This document shows, piece after piece, positions 37,501-45,036 of a stretch of 64,000 bases of DNA. How positions within the stretch are numbered: the first letter of the stretch is position 1; the number at the start of each line of letters is the position of its first letter. The stretch is from assembly GCA_012839805.1 (NCBI GenBank), contig DUMU01000005.1, positions 31,807 to 95,806 of the forward strand. The letters are read 5' to 3'. This DNA is from Bacillota bacterium. Lineage in GTDB: Bacteria; Bacillota; Limnochordia; Limnochordales; DUMU01. The translations under genes and the position numbers were made by a program. Under the pieces are notes generated by a model. The model made no database searches and was not told the DNA's origin. It saw nothing but the letters and a program-made list of their open reading frames with translations.

Positions 37501-37729
37501 CCGGATACCGGCGGGGGACGACCAGTTCCACCCCCTGGATGGGCCGTACTCCCGCGGCCAAGGCTTGTTTCTGAAAAGCCAGCGCTCCGCTGACATTCAT
37601 CCGGTCGGTCAATGCCAAAGCCGGCATCTCCAGCTCGGCGGCCCGGCGTACGAGCGCCTCGACGGTAGCAGTCGAACTGAGAAAAGAGAAGGTTGAGTGC
37701 ACATGCAGGTGAACGAATCCCTGCTTCAT
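34523..37729 (-). CDS. dnaE2: Error-prone DNA polymerase III alpha-type subunit (DnaE2/ImuC-like)
   Basis: PHP domain start FVHLHVHSTFSFL. About 1068 aa. C-terminal OB-fold region (VVFFTLEDEEGLLDVTAF). Lies downstream of an imuB-like gene. ATG at 37729 after GGAGAGAGAGG. Confidence 0.8.
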   Translation of the reverse strand: MKQGFVHLHVHSTFSFLSSTATVEALVRRAAELEMPALALTDRMNVSGALAFQKQALAAGVRPIQGVELVVPRRYPAFVPGGSTAILILLARNPRGFANLCRLLTLAHTRSPRESPCLPREAFPDRSPELWQDLIVLSGGREGEIGRLILAGRPGEAEAVARFFRDSLTVFYLELEDRRLPRSITLNRTLAALGEKLGIPVVATNPVHQLRREDFPLYDVLTAIRTGTTLEEVHPERPLNGESYLKTSEEMATLWAAYPRALRATLAIAELCEPALDLTRPRFPTYPLPPGEESAASFLSRLVEAGARHRYGTIPPPLAARLRHELDVITRLQVEDYFLVVWDLVQFARRQGIRLAGRGSAADSVVAYCLGLTEVDAWKRRLLFERFLSLERAQKPDIDIDFAAEHRDRVAAYVYGKYGREHVASVCTFSTYHARSALREIGKVLGFPAEEIDRLAKKFPYLPSDAIPEAVTKLPEIRDSGLPLERYQLLFQLAARVAGFPRFIGTHLGGLVISRDPITEISPVQVAAKGVDIIQFDKDAVEDLGLIKLDLLSLRALSALDQAVAVTRAVDPHFAEESIPDDDEATYERIRQGETVGMFQLESPAQRALQARLGADRFEDLVASVALIRPGPIKGDMVEPFLARRRGREPVTYLLPELEPILAKTYGVVLYQEQVIAIATQVAGFTPGEADRLRRVMTHYRSQKEMDAIGGEFIARAISRGIEPAIARTIFSYIVGYAGYGFCEAHAAAFANTAYKTAYLLEHYPAPFFAALLSYQPMGFYPPHALVVEAARRGIRTLNPDVNRSDGWRFTVETVEGDDGRKIQAIRPSLLQVDGLKEAGVRKILAAREGGGPFGSFADFVRRVDLDRDVLANLILAGAFDSLTRNRRSLLFQLPTFLNDRPPAGPPGGGLLPGSQVQLHLPLEMPPEGEERDFTPFEKSSREFAVLGFSPSGHILSFFRSHLRKQGILSSREVAGAPEGARVKVAGLLIRPHRPPTRSGRTVVFFTLEDEEGLLDVTAFEPVYQRYGTILFGAPALVVAGRVQRRGLRTALLAEAVAPLRLSGQPSG

Positions 37730-37829
37730 GACCTCTCTCTCCGTCGTATCTACGGAATCGGCCTGTCCCCGGAGGTCCACCACCAGGCCCCTTCCCCGGA
37801 GAAGGGGGGTTCAAGCCGGTCTTCAGCCC

Positions 37830-38078
37830 TCAGTCTTCGATCCGATAGAGGTACCACTCTCCGTTGGGTAGCTCCTGGTAGAGCGTGTAGCAGCCACCGG
37901 CCCCGGTACGAACCTGAAAGAAGGCTTTTGGCTTCTCTCCCTGCCACCAGCTTCCCACCTCCAGCCATGAGTCCAGGATCTCTTGAATCTCCCGGGATGA
38001 TCTGCGCCAGCGGAAGGAGAGTGGCAGGCCATGGCGGTCACAACGGACCGCCACCGGTTGGTGAAGCAAACGGCTCAC
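37830..38078 (-). CDS. 82-aa protein resembling the C-terminal module of ImuB (F.W...........I......WW...)
   Basis: The GTG start overlaps the imuB-like stop (GTGA). The sequence LPLSFRWRRSSREIQEILDSWLEVGSWWQG...GEWYLYRIED recalls the conserved ImuB C-terminus (from memory). Confidence 0.55.
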   Translation of the reverse strand: MSRLLHQPVAVRCDRHGLPLSFRWRRSSREIQEILDSWLEVGSWWQGEKPKAFFQVRTGAGGCYTLYQELPNGEWYLYRIED

Positions 38079-39154
38079 TTGGCCAGGTACACCTCCTGCA
38101 CCATTCGGTGAACTGCCTCCCTCCTATCCATCCGGATATCGCTCGCCCGCCGGACGGCGTACGGGCCGAACCGCTGGCGCAACCAGACCAGGAGTTGCTC
38201 CAAACGAGGATCCCGGCCATTTGTGCCGCCGGCCCGGCGGCGGGCGGGGAGCGGAATCAAGGACGCCTGCTCGCAGGGAACGGGGGAAAGCTCTTCGGCC
38301 CGTAAAGTGAGTTGCCCGCACCCCTGCAATCGGACCGGGGGATGGGAGCGCAATTGGGCGAGGAGACGGCGGGCCAACTCATCACCGTGGATCGAGAGCC
38401 GGCGCTGGTCCCCAGGTACGGGAGCGGGTGGCCGGACGACCACCGTGACCATGGGAATGAGTTCGAGGGTTAGCGAGGCGGCAGCCCAACCCCCGGCGGC
38501 CAACTTATGGGCGATTTGCCGGACGAGAACGGAAGTAGTGGAGGAAATCTCTTCGATCCGGGCGATGGGACGCTGAACCTCCAACCAGAGAGGCTGCTTT
38601 CCCGATCGGATCGGTAGCTCTTCTTCCCCGCGGATTCTCCTCAACAGCTGGGCGCCAGTCTCGAGGCCGGCCTGGGCCAGGAGCTGGGCCGGGGAAAGAT
38701 CGGCCAGTTGTCCCCAAGTGCGGATCCCTAATTGCTCGAACCTTTGACAGGTATCGACGGGGAGATCCTTTGTCCAGCGCAAGGGTATGAAGCGGAGGTA
38801 TTCCCACTCCCTGCCAGGCAGAACAATCTCGAAGCTCGTCTTCCCGCGCCCCCTGGCCTTGGCCCGGCGGGCCGCCATCTCGGCTACGAAACGACGGGTA
38901 GCCCAACCCAGCGCCGGGAAATCTCCTGCCCCATCTGCCGCTGCCTCAGTTATATCCTCAGCCAGGCCGGGTACGAGGAGGTGACTCCCCGGGACATTGG
39001 AAAGATCGAGGAAAACTAGATCCGGCTGGACGATCTCGATGTTTTCGGTATAATTGAGACAAACTCTCAGTAATGGTTGGGCTGCTCGTACGTCGACTTT
39101 CCCACCGGCCGATACATAGTAATGAGAAAGGAGAATGCAGGCTATTTGGGTCAT
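38075..39154 (-). CDS. imuB: ImuB-like catalytically degenerate Y-family polymerase (N-terminal 359 aa)
   Basis: Y-family-like layout (IACILLSHY..., LVFLDLSNV). The first catalytic Asp and the Asp-Glu pair are not conserved. ATG at 39154 after GAGGGGA. Located upstream of dnaE2. Confidence 0.7.
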   Translation of the reverse strand: MTQIACILLSHYYVSAGGKVDVRAAQPLLRVCLNYTENIEIVQPDLVFLDLSNVPGSHLLVPGLAEDITEAAADGAGDFPALGWATRRFVAEMAARRAKARGRGKTSFEIVLPGREWEYLRFIPLRWTKDLPVDTCQRFEQLGIRTWGQLADLSPAQLLAQAGLETGAQLLRRIRGEEELPIRSGKQPLWLEVQRPIARIEEISSTTSVLVRQIAHKLAAGGWAAASLTLELIPMVTVVVRPPAPVPGDQRRLSIHGDELARRLLAQLRSHPPVRLQGCGQLTLRAEELSPVPCEQASLIPLPARRRAGGTNGRDPRLEQLLVWLRQRFGPYAVRRASDIRMDRREAVHRMVQEVYLAK

Positions 39155-39222
39155 GACGATCCCCTCGCCGTTGTTCCTGCAATACCTTGGGGGGAAAAGA
39201 GCGTGACCAAACCGGCGTTCGG

Positions 39223-39236
39223 GAAACAGATGTTCG
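39223..39236 (-). promoter_or_regulatory. Cheo-type LexA (SOS) box CGAACATCTGTTTC
   Basis: On the minus strand it matches the Bacillus consensus CGAACRNRYGTTYC at 13/14 positions. It lies 5 nt downstream of the -10 hexamer and about 70 nt upstream of imuB. Confidence 0.65.
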
Positions 39237-39241
39237 CTTAT

Positions 39242-39269
39242 ATTATAGCCAGCCGGGCCAAGGTGGCAA
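39242..39269 (-). promoter_or_regulatory. Sigma-A-type promoter TTGCCA-N16-TATAAT for imuB-dnaE2
   Basis: Minus-strand TTGCCA (39269-39264) and TATAAT (39247-39242). Confidence 0.6.
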
Positions 39270-39605
39270 GGGGAGGTGGCACTTTCCCGGCCGGAACTTT
39301 TTCCCGCCACGCGTAAACCGGACCACCCTGGGAAATCCTCATTAACGAGCCCCACTCTGACTTGGCAGGAAAAAGAGAGCCGGCGACGAAGTCTTCACCA
39401 AACCCGATACTGTTCACGGCCTGTTTCCCGCATCGTTCCCAGTAGATTGCCGTTTCGTTCCGGTTTGACCGGCGCTCCAAGGTCCGGCAGCCTTACCGCC
39501 CAAGGAAGAGGAAAGCGACGGCTTACGGCAGGAATGGCCTCATCAGCGGCTGACGAGGTAGCAGATCACAACCCGGGAGCGAACACTCGGAAAGAGGTGA
39601 GGGCT

Positions 39606-40208
39606 GTGAATGCGAAAAGGGAGGTCCTCATTCGGTTCAGCAGCCTGCCGTTGAAAGACCCGCGCAGCCGAGCGGTGCTCCGCCTGCTCCAGGACGACCG
39701 TTTCCTGCCTCGCATCTCGTTCGTCACCAATCGCGACCTTCTGCCCAACACCCTGCTGATCGCCGAGGCGGGGAGCGATGCCATTCCCTTCGAGCTGGAA
39801 TTGGGTGCGGTTCAGCAGGAGGAAGTCTCCCTGGTCAACGGCCACCTGGTTCGCCACGTACACCGGACCCGCACGCTCTGTATACACGACCCGCTCCGAG
39901 CCATACGTCCATTGCAACTTTTCCAGGGGAGGCTTTATGTGCTGCTGGCATTCGCCCAGGAAACCCCGGCTTGGTATCGGGTGGTCACCGAACCCAACCC
40001 GGCGCTGCCGGTGCCGAGCGAGGCTCGCCAGAGCATCGACAGCGTGTTGCGCCAGATCGTCCGTGACCAGGTGGATCTAGCTCTGCACGCCATTCTCAGC
40101 CGCCACGAAGTGGAGGAGGCTTTGCGGGAGCGGGACAAGGAGCGCTTCCTCCGGGCGGCCGGGCTCTATAACCAGCTTCGTGACCGTTGTCTGATCGATT
40201 TCGAGTAG
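39606..40208 (+). CDS. YpiB-like protein with a C-terminal IDEAL domain
   Basis: GTG at 39606 after AAGAGGTGAGGG. The C-terminal EVEEALRERDKERFLRAAGLYNQL fits the IDEAL motif. The track's N-terminal 110 aa are rejected. Confidence 0.55.
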   Translation: MNAKREVLIRFSSLPLKDPRSRAVLRLLQDDRFLPRISFVTNRDLLPNTLLIAEAGSDAIPFELELGAVQQEEVSLVNGHLVRHVHRTRTLCIHDPLRAIRPLQLFQGRLYVLLAFAQETPAWYRVVTEPNPALPVPSEARQSIDSVLRQIVRDQVDLALHAILSRHEVEEALRERDKERFLRAAGLYNQLRDRCLIDFE

Positions 40209-40354
40209 TTCGAGTAGCATGTAGCCAGCACGCCTAGTCGAGCCGCTCCGGTTGGGCCGGGTGGTGCTCCCCGGCCGCCCGGCCGCACGCGAGTTCGGCG
40301 GCGAAATCGTCCGGCCGCCCCAACCCAGCAGGATTCGGCACGGCAGGGGCGAAC

Positions 40355-40999
40355 ATGGGCGGACGGAGGCGATCCCGGTTGTATAGCCACGAGGACGAAG
40401 CCATCCCAAACTCCGCCGATGCGCCCGCCCCCCGGCGGGAGGTGGGGTGGCGTACTGCTTCCCTGTGGACCGAACTGGTCCGGGTGCTCGGGGCTTCGTT
40501 ACTCCTTACTTTCTTCATCGTCACCTTTGTCGGGCGGGCTTTCACCGTGGAGGGGCCTTCCATGTACCCCACCCTCCGCAGCGGTGAACGTTTGATCGTG
40601 GACGAACTGAGCTACCGCTTCACCTCCCCGCAGCGAGGGGATATAATCGTGTTCCGCTATCCCTCCGATCCCCGGGAATTCTTTGTCAAGCGACTGGTGG
40701 CATTACCCGGCGAAGAGGTCGCCATCCGTGATCACCGGGTGTGGGTAAACGGTCAGCCGCTGGACGAAGAGTACCTGCAGACCGAAACCCTCGGTGAATT
40801 CGGTCCGGTGATCGTACCGGCCGACCACTATTTCGTTCTCGGCGACAACCGGACTAACAGCGCCGACAGCCGCGACCCTCGCGTTGGCTTCATACCCCAT
40901 CGGTACATAGTGGGGCGGGTTTTGTGGCGGTACTGGCCCCTGGATCGGATCGGTACGTTGCGGCCACCACCCCAGTGGCAGGCTTTGGCGCGACCGTGA
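40355..40999 (+). CDS. lepB: Signal peptidase I
   Basis: EGPSMYPTL (catalytic Ser), FVKRLVALPGE (catalytic Lys) and VLGDNRTNSADSR boxes. Confidence 0.9.
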   Translation: MGGRRRSRLYSHEDEAIPNSADAPAPRREVGWRTASLWTELVRVLGASLLLTFFIVTFVGRAFTVEGPSMYPTLRSGERLIVDELSYRFTSPQRGDIIVFRYPSDPREFFVKRLVALPGEEVAIRDHRVWVNGQPLDEEYLQTETLGEFGPVIVPADHYFVLGDNRTNSADSRDPRVGFIPHRYIVGRVLWRYWPLDRIGTLRPPPQWQALARP

Positions 41000-41092
41000 C
41001 AGCGCGGCGAGCGAGTGGCCGGGAAAAGAACCGTGACCGGAAGAGAGACGACCGCGAGCGGGAGCGCCAACGAGAGATCGGGAGGTATTGTC

Positions 41093-41836
41093 ATGTGGAC
41101 CGAGTTCATTGACGAAGTCATTCGCCAGCTCGAACGAATCCGGGCGAGCCAGGCCGAACGCATCCGGGAGGCCGGCCGGCGTATCGCCGGGGCGATCAGG
41201 GAAGGGCATGATCTTTACGTGTTCGGAGCCGGTCATGCCGGCATTCTGGCGGAAGAGTCGTTCTACCGGGCCGGTGGCCTGATGCTGGCCAATCCCATCC
41301 TCGCTCCGGGGCTGACCACCACCGTGCGCCCGATCACCATGACTACGGAAGTGGAGAGGCTTCCCGGCTATGCCCGGCTCATCCTCAACGCCACCTCGCT
41401 GGGGTCGGGAGACGTTTTGATCATCCACTCGGTCTCCGGCCGCAACCCGGTTCCGGTCGAAATGGCGGTAGAGGGCCGCCGCCGGGGAGCGATCGTGGTG
41501 GCCATCACTTCCTTGGCCTATAGCAGCTCCGTGCCTTCGCGTGTCCCGGGAGGGATGCGTCTCTTCGAAGTGGCAGACATAGTGATCGACAACTGCGGAG
41601 TGGTGGGGGACGCAGTGCTGCCCCTCCCGGACGGCCAAACCCGTTTTGGCCCCACTTCCACCATCACCGGAGTCGCGATCCTGCACTCGATTTTTGCCGA
41701 AGTGGTGTCAGAGCTGATCTCCCAGGGGGAGGAGCCGCCGGTTTTTATCAGCGCCAACCTCGATGGGGGCGACGAGATCAACCGGCGGCGTCTCGAGAGG
41801 TACCGAGCTCACATACACTACCTCAACCCCATCTGA
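41093..41836 (+). CDS. SIS-domain protein (UPF0309-like sugar isomerase domain)
   Basis: YVFGAGHAGILAEE and IHSVSGRN motifs. ATG at 41093. Confidence 0.65.
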   Translation: MWTEFIDEVIRQLERIRASQAERIREAGRRIAGAIREGHDLYVFGAGHAGILAEESFYRAGGLMLANPILAPGLTTTVRPITMTTEVERLPGYARLILNATSLGSGDVLIIHSVSGRNPVPVEMAVEGRRRGAIVVAITSLAYSSSVPSRVPGGMRLFEVADIVIDNCGVVGDAVLPLPDGQTRFGPTSTITGVAILHSIFAEVVSELISQGEEPPVFISANLDGGDEINRRRLERYRAHIHYLNPI

Positions 41837-41894
41837 CATCCCCACGACTGAAGCCGCGGGCTTTCCCGCCCGGCCGTTGTAGCCGGGCGCCTGG

Positions 41895-43214
41895 TCATTT
41901 GCGCCCTCCGGACTTAGTAGCACGCTCCCGCTCTGCCGCCAAAGCCCGGTTGAGCGCGGGTATGACCTCCTTCAACACCTTCTCCGCCGGCTCCCCTTGC
42001 TGGAAGATCCGGTAGAACGCCGCGTTCAGCTTCTCCCTGGCCAGGGTGGGGTTGTAGTAGATCGGCCCGGGCTCGGCATAGGCGCCGGCCAGGGCAAAGA
42101 TCAGGAGTTGTGACCCGGCGGTCCGGGCATTGGGGTACTGTTTCAGGAGCAGCTCAACCCATTCGCGGGCCACCGAGCCCCGTGCCGGCTGCAGGCCCTG
42201 GTAACGAGCCCGCAGGCGGTTGGCCTCGGGGCTCACGAGAAACTTCAAGAACCGCAGAGCCGCCTCGCGATGGGCGGTTCCGGAGTAGATGGCGTAACCG
42301 TCCATATTGGCCAGGGTTGAACGGGCTACCGGGCCGCGGGGAAGAGGCGCGATTCCCAGCTCGAAGCGGGTGTTCGGCAACATGAACGCAAGACTCCACG
42401 ATCCGTCGGCGGCCGTGGCGGCCTGCTCTTTGGCGAAAGCGTCCCGGAGGGAGGCTCCGGCGATTTCCGCGGAGGTGGGGGAGACCCGGTAACGATGGAT
42501 GAAATCGGCCCAGTACTGGATGGCGTGGATTGCTGCCGGCTGGTCCAGGAGTGAGGTGGTGTTGTCACCCTCGGGATGGAGCTTGCCGCCGTTCTGGCGC
42601 ACCCAGTAGGCGATCCGGTCGAGTTCGTAGTAGAGGTAGAACCCCCATTGTTTAACCTTGTTCCCTTCTCGCACGGTGAGCTTCTGGGCGAGAGAACGGA
42701 AGCCGTCCCAGTCGAGATCGCTGGAAGGCTCGGGTACTCCTGCTCTTTGAATCGCGTCCCGGTTGTAGTAGAGCGCAACCGTTCCCAGGTACTGGGGCAG
42801 GGCGTATTGCAGGCCGTTCACCCTGAAACCGCGTAGCTGCCCGGGGGCAAAGTCCGCCAGTTCCTTATCGCTGAGGAGCCCCTTTTCCAGCCAGGGCGCG
42901 AGGTCGAGCAACATCCCTTGCTGGGCCCAGAAGAAGAGGTCCTCCCCCCACCAGCAGACCACGTCGGGCGCCGAGCCGGCCACCATGGCGGTGGTCATTT
43001 TGACCGGATCGGTGACCGGTTCATAGACCACCTGGATGTCCGGGTTGTCCTTTTCGAAAAGCGGCAGCATCTCCTGGAGCATTTCCTTCTCGTAGGGGCG
43101 AGGGTATTCGGAAAAGCGCAACGTGACCTTGCCTGCCGCCAGGGCTCCCGCCGGCCCACGTGCCAACCCGATGAGTAACCATGCGGCAACGAGCGCTACG
43201 ATCCCCCGTCTCAT
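41895..43214 (-). CDS. ABC transporter extracellular solute-binding protein (family 1, sugar-type)
   Basis: ATG at 43214 after AGGAGGGA. Signal peptide MRRGIVALVAAWLLIGLA. SBP_bac_1-like pattern. No permease genes are adjacent. Confidence 0.8.
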   Translation of the reverse strand: MRRGIVALVAAWLLIGLARGPAGALAAGKVTLRFSEYPRPYEKEMLQEMLPLFEKDNPDIQVVYEPVTDPVKMTTAMVAGSAPDVVCWWGEDLFFWAQQGMLLDLAPWLEKGLLSDKELADFAPGQLRGFRVNGLQYALPQYLGTVALYYNRDAIQRAGVPEPSSDLDWDGFRSLAQKLTVREGNKVKQWGFYLYYELDRIAYWVRQNGGKLHPEGDNTTSLLDQPAAIHAIQYWADFIHRYRVSPTSAEIAGASLRDAFAKEQAATAADGSWSLAFMLPNTRFELGIAPLPRGPVARSTLANMDGYAIYSGTAHREAALRFLKFLVSPEANRLRARYQGLQPARGSVAREWVELLLKQYPNARTAGSQLLIFALAGAYAEPGPIYYNPTLAREKLNAAFYRIFQQGEPAEKVLKEVIPALNRALAAERERATKSGGRK

Positions 43215-43352
43215 GCTAAGTCCCTCCTGTCCGGCTTCGGCCTGGCTTCTTCGTGGCCATCCCTGCGGCCTTCTCCGGTATACTGATGAGCGAGTGCCGT
43301 TCATGCTTTCGGCGTTGGAAAGAATCCTCCTGCAAGGCGTGGTGAGTCGGGA

Positions 43353-44015
43353 TTGGTCTCCCAAGACGGCGCGGCCGGCGACGGCACCCGCTGGCGGGAA
43401 CGCATCCTGCCGCGCTCCTTCTACGAACTGGACGCGGTTACCGTAGCACGCAATCTGATCGGGCAGGTGCTGGTACGAGAAGCGCCTGAAGGTACGGTAG
43501 CGGGGCGAATAGTGGAGGCGGAAGCCTACTGCGGGCCGGAGGACCTGGCCTCCCACGCCCGGCGGGGCCTGCGTACTCCCCGGAACGAGGTGATGTACGG
43601 GCCGGCAGGCCACGCGTACGTATACTTCATTTACGGCATGTACTACTGCCTGAACGTGGTTGCCGCCCGCCCGGGAGTCCCCCATGCCGTGCTGGTTCGA
43701 GCGGTAGAACCCCTGGACGGGATCGAACTGATGGCCCGCCGCCGGGGCGTGAGCCTTCCCCCGGCCGGGAGAGAGCTACGCCGGCTTGCCTCCGGTCCGG
43801 GTCGATTGACCGTGGCTTTTGGCATAGATCTCCGGGACAATGGGCACGACCTTTGCCGGCCGCCGCTCTACCTGGCCGCCGGCGAGCGGCTACCTGCGCC
43901 GGAGGAGGTCGTGGCCGGCCGGCGGGTGAACGTGGAGTACGCGGGCGAATGGGCCGCGCGGCCCTGGCGATTCATGTGGAAAGCCAATCCGTACGTCTCG
44001 AAAGGCCCATCGTGA
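43353..44015 (+). CDS. mpg: DNA-3-methyladenine glycosylase (Mpg/AAG family)
   Basis: VARNLIG..L......G.IVE.EAY.G..D.ASHA...RT.RN..M.G..GH.YVYF.YGM..C.NVV pattern. Confidence 0.88.
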   Translation: MVSQDGAAGDGTRWRERILPRSFYELDAVTVARNLIGQVLVREAPEGTVAGRIVEAEAYCGPEDLASHARRGLRTPRNEVMYGPAGHAYVYFIYGMYYCLNVVAARPGVPHAVLVRAVEPLDGIELMARRRGVSLPPAGRELRRLASGPGRLTVAFGIDLRDNGHDLCRPPLYLAAGERLPAPEEVVAGRRVNVEYAGEWAARPWRFMWKANPYVSKGPS

Positions 44016-44043
44016 CGGCTCCCCGCCAGGCCAAGGCGGAGCG

Positions 44044-44847
44044 CTACCGGCCGGCGTTGGAGGGGACCGGGGTGAGGATGCCCAGGGCTTCTTCCACCAG
44101 CTCGACTACGAGCGCAGCCTGATCGGCGGTGAAGCTGGCGAGGGACTGTTGGAGCCTCCCGATTTCGTCCACGAGCCCCGGCAGAGCCGGAAGTCCCGGC
44201 CGGTTGAAAGCGCCCGGACGTACGTTGGGATGCGGTAGGCGGTGAAGGGCAGCCGCCAGCGCTCCGGCGATTCCGGCCAAGCTCAGGTCGGGCCGCAGTG
44301 ACCGCCGGCTCCAGCCCTGAACGGCTTGCGCCAGCTCCCGCCAGCGCTGCGGCCCCAGGCGGGCCAACCAAAGACCCAGGGTGTAAGCGGCCACCGAAAG
44401 CGGTTCGCTGCTCTGCCCCAGGTGTCGTTGTAGTTCGGTGAGCTCCTGCGGGATTCCTTCGACGGGCGGGCTGCCTTCTGAGCCATCCCCCGGTGTACCC
44501 GCCGGCCGTACCTTCTGGAGCAAGCGCAGCACCGTCTTGCGTACGGAGGCCCAATTTTCCGGTGCTGCCCCAAGGGTCTCGCCCGCCGGCCGAGCGCTTA
44601 CCTCAAAGGCTCGTGAGGTAGGGGAAAAGAGAATGCGGGACCGTCCCGGGCGGCCGTCACCGGGGACTTCGTAGTGCTCGACCAGGTAGCCTTCGCTCGT
44701 CAGTTCCCGAAGGATGTCATAGGCGGTGAAGCGGCTCACTTGCAGCCGTCTCGCTACTTCACCATAGTGAACCGGTTGCCCGCCCTCCTCGCGGTAGAGG
44801 TCCAGCAGGGCTACCAGGAATTGGCGCCGTCGATCCGTAAGACTCAT
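44044..44847 (-). CDS. Putative winged-helix transcriptional regulator
   Basis: The N-terminal 60 aa (HYGEVARRLQVSRFTAYDILRELTSEGYL) look like a wHTH. The rest is unrecognised. ATG at 44847 after GGGAGG. Confidence 0.5.
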   Translation of the reverse strand: MSLTDRRRQFLVALLDLYREEGGQPVHYGEVARRLQVSRFTAYDILRELTSEGYLVEHYEVPGDGRPGRSRILFSPTSRAFEVSARPAGETLGAAPENWASVRKTVLRLLQKVRPAGTPGDGSEGSPPVEGIPQELTELQRHLGQSSEPLSVAAYTLGLWLARLGPQRWRELAQAVQGWSRRSLRPDLSLAGIAGALAAALHRLPHPNVRPGAFNRPGLPALPGLVDEIGRLQQSLASFTADQAALVVELVEEALGILTPVPSNAGR

Positions 44848-44946
44848 CGTCATCCTCCCCGGACTCATTCTACCTCTTACCGGTGGCAGCCGGCCACGGG
44901 GGCACAGGGTAGTCGCGCGACCGGTGGGGGTTACTCCTGGTGAACC

Positions 44947-44990
44947 AAAAGACGGGCGGGACGAACGTCTACCGGCGTGCCCCACCCGTC
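44947..44990 (-). terminator. Rho-independent terminator downstream of the Gfo/Idh/MocA gene
   Basis: Minus strand: GACGGGTGGG-(20 nt)-CCCGCCCGTC followed by TTTT. Confidence 0.55.
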
Positions 44991-45036
44991 ACCGTCATCC
45001 AGCGCCGGTTTAACGGAGTGAGCCAGGCCGGCGCCG

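Noticed and set aside
37788-37807. 7-bp GC hairpin (CCCCTTC-CCCGGA-GAAGGGG) between the 82-aa ORF and dnaE2
   Set aside because: There is no U-tract on the transcribed strand, so it is not a terminator. Short GC hairpins are frequent in this DNA. It may at most modulate coupling.
39276-39605. 110-aa N-terminal extension of the IDEAL-domain ORF, overlapping the imuB promoter region
   Set aside because: The extension is low-complexity and Arg/Pro/Ser-rich. A GTG at 39606 with a good RBS begins the conserved-looking part. The extension would run across the divergent promoter and SOS box.
40200-40217. Tandem duplication TTCGAGTAG-TTCGAGTAG at the stop codon of the IDEAL-domain gene
   Set aside because: The duplication is real in the sequence but only 9 nt x2. 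It is most simply a small slippage duplication that gives a back-up stop codon. No further structure or function is evident.
43215-43685. 157-aa N-terminal extension of the first SBP, overlapping mpg on the opposite strand
   Set aside because: An internal ATG at 43214 with an AGGAGGGA RBS is followed immediately by a signal peptide. The extension overlaps the well-supported mpg gene.
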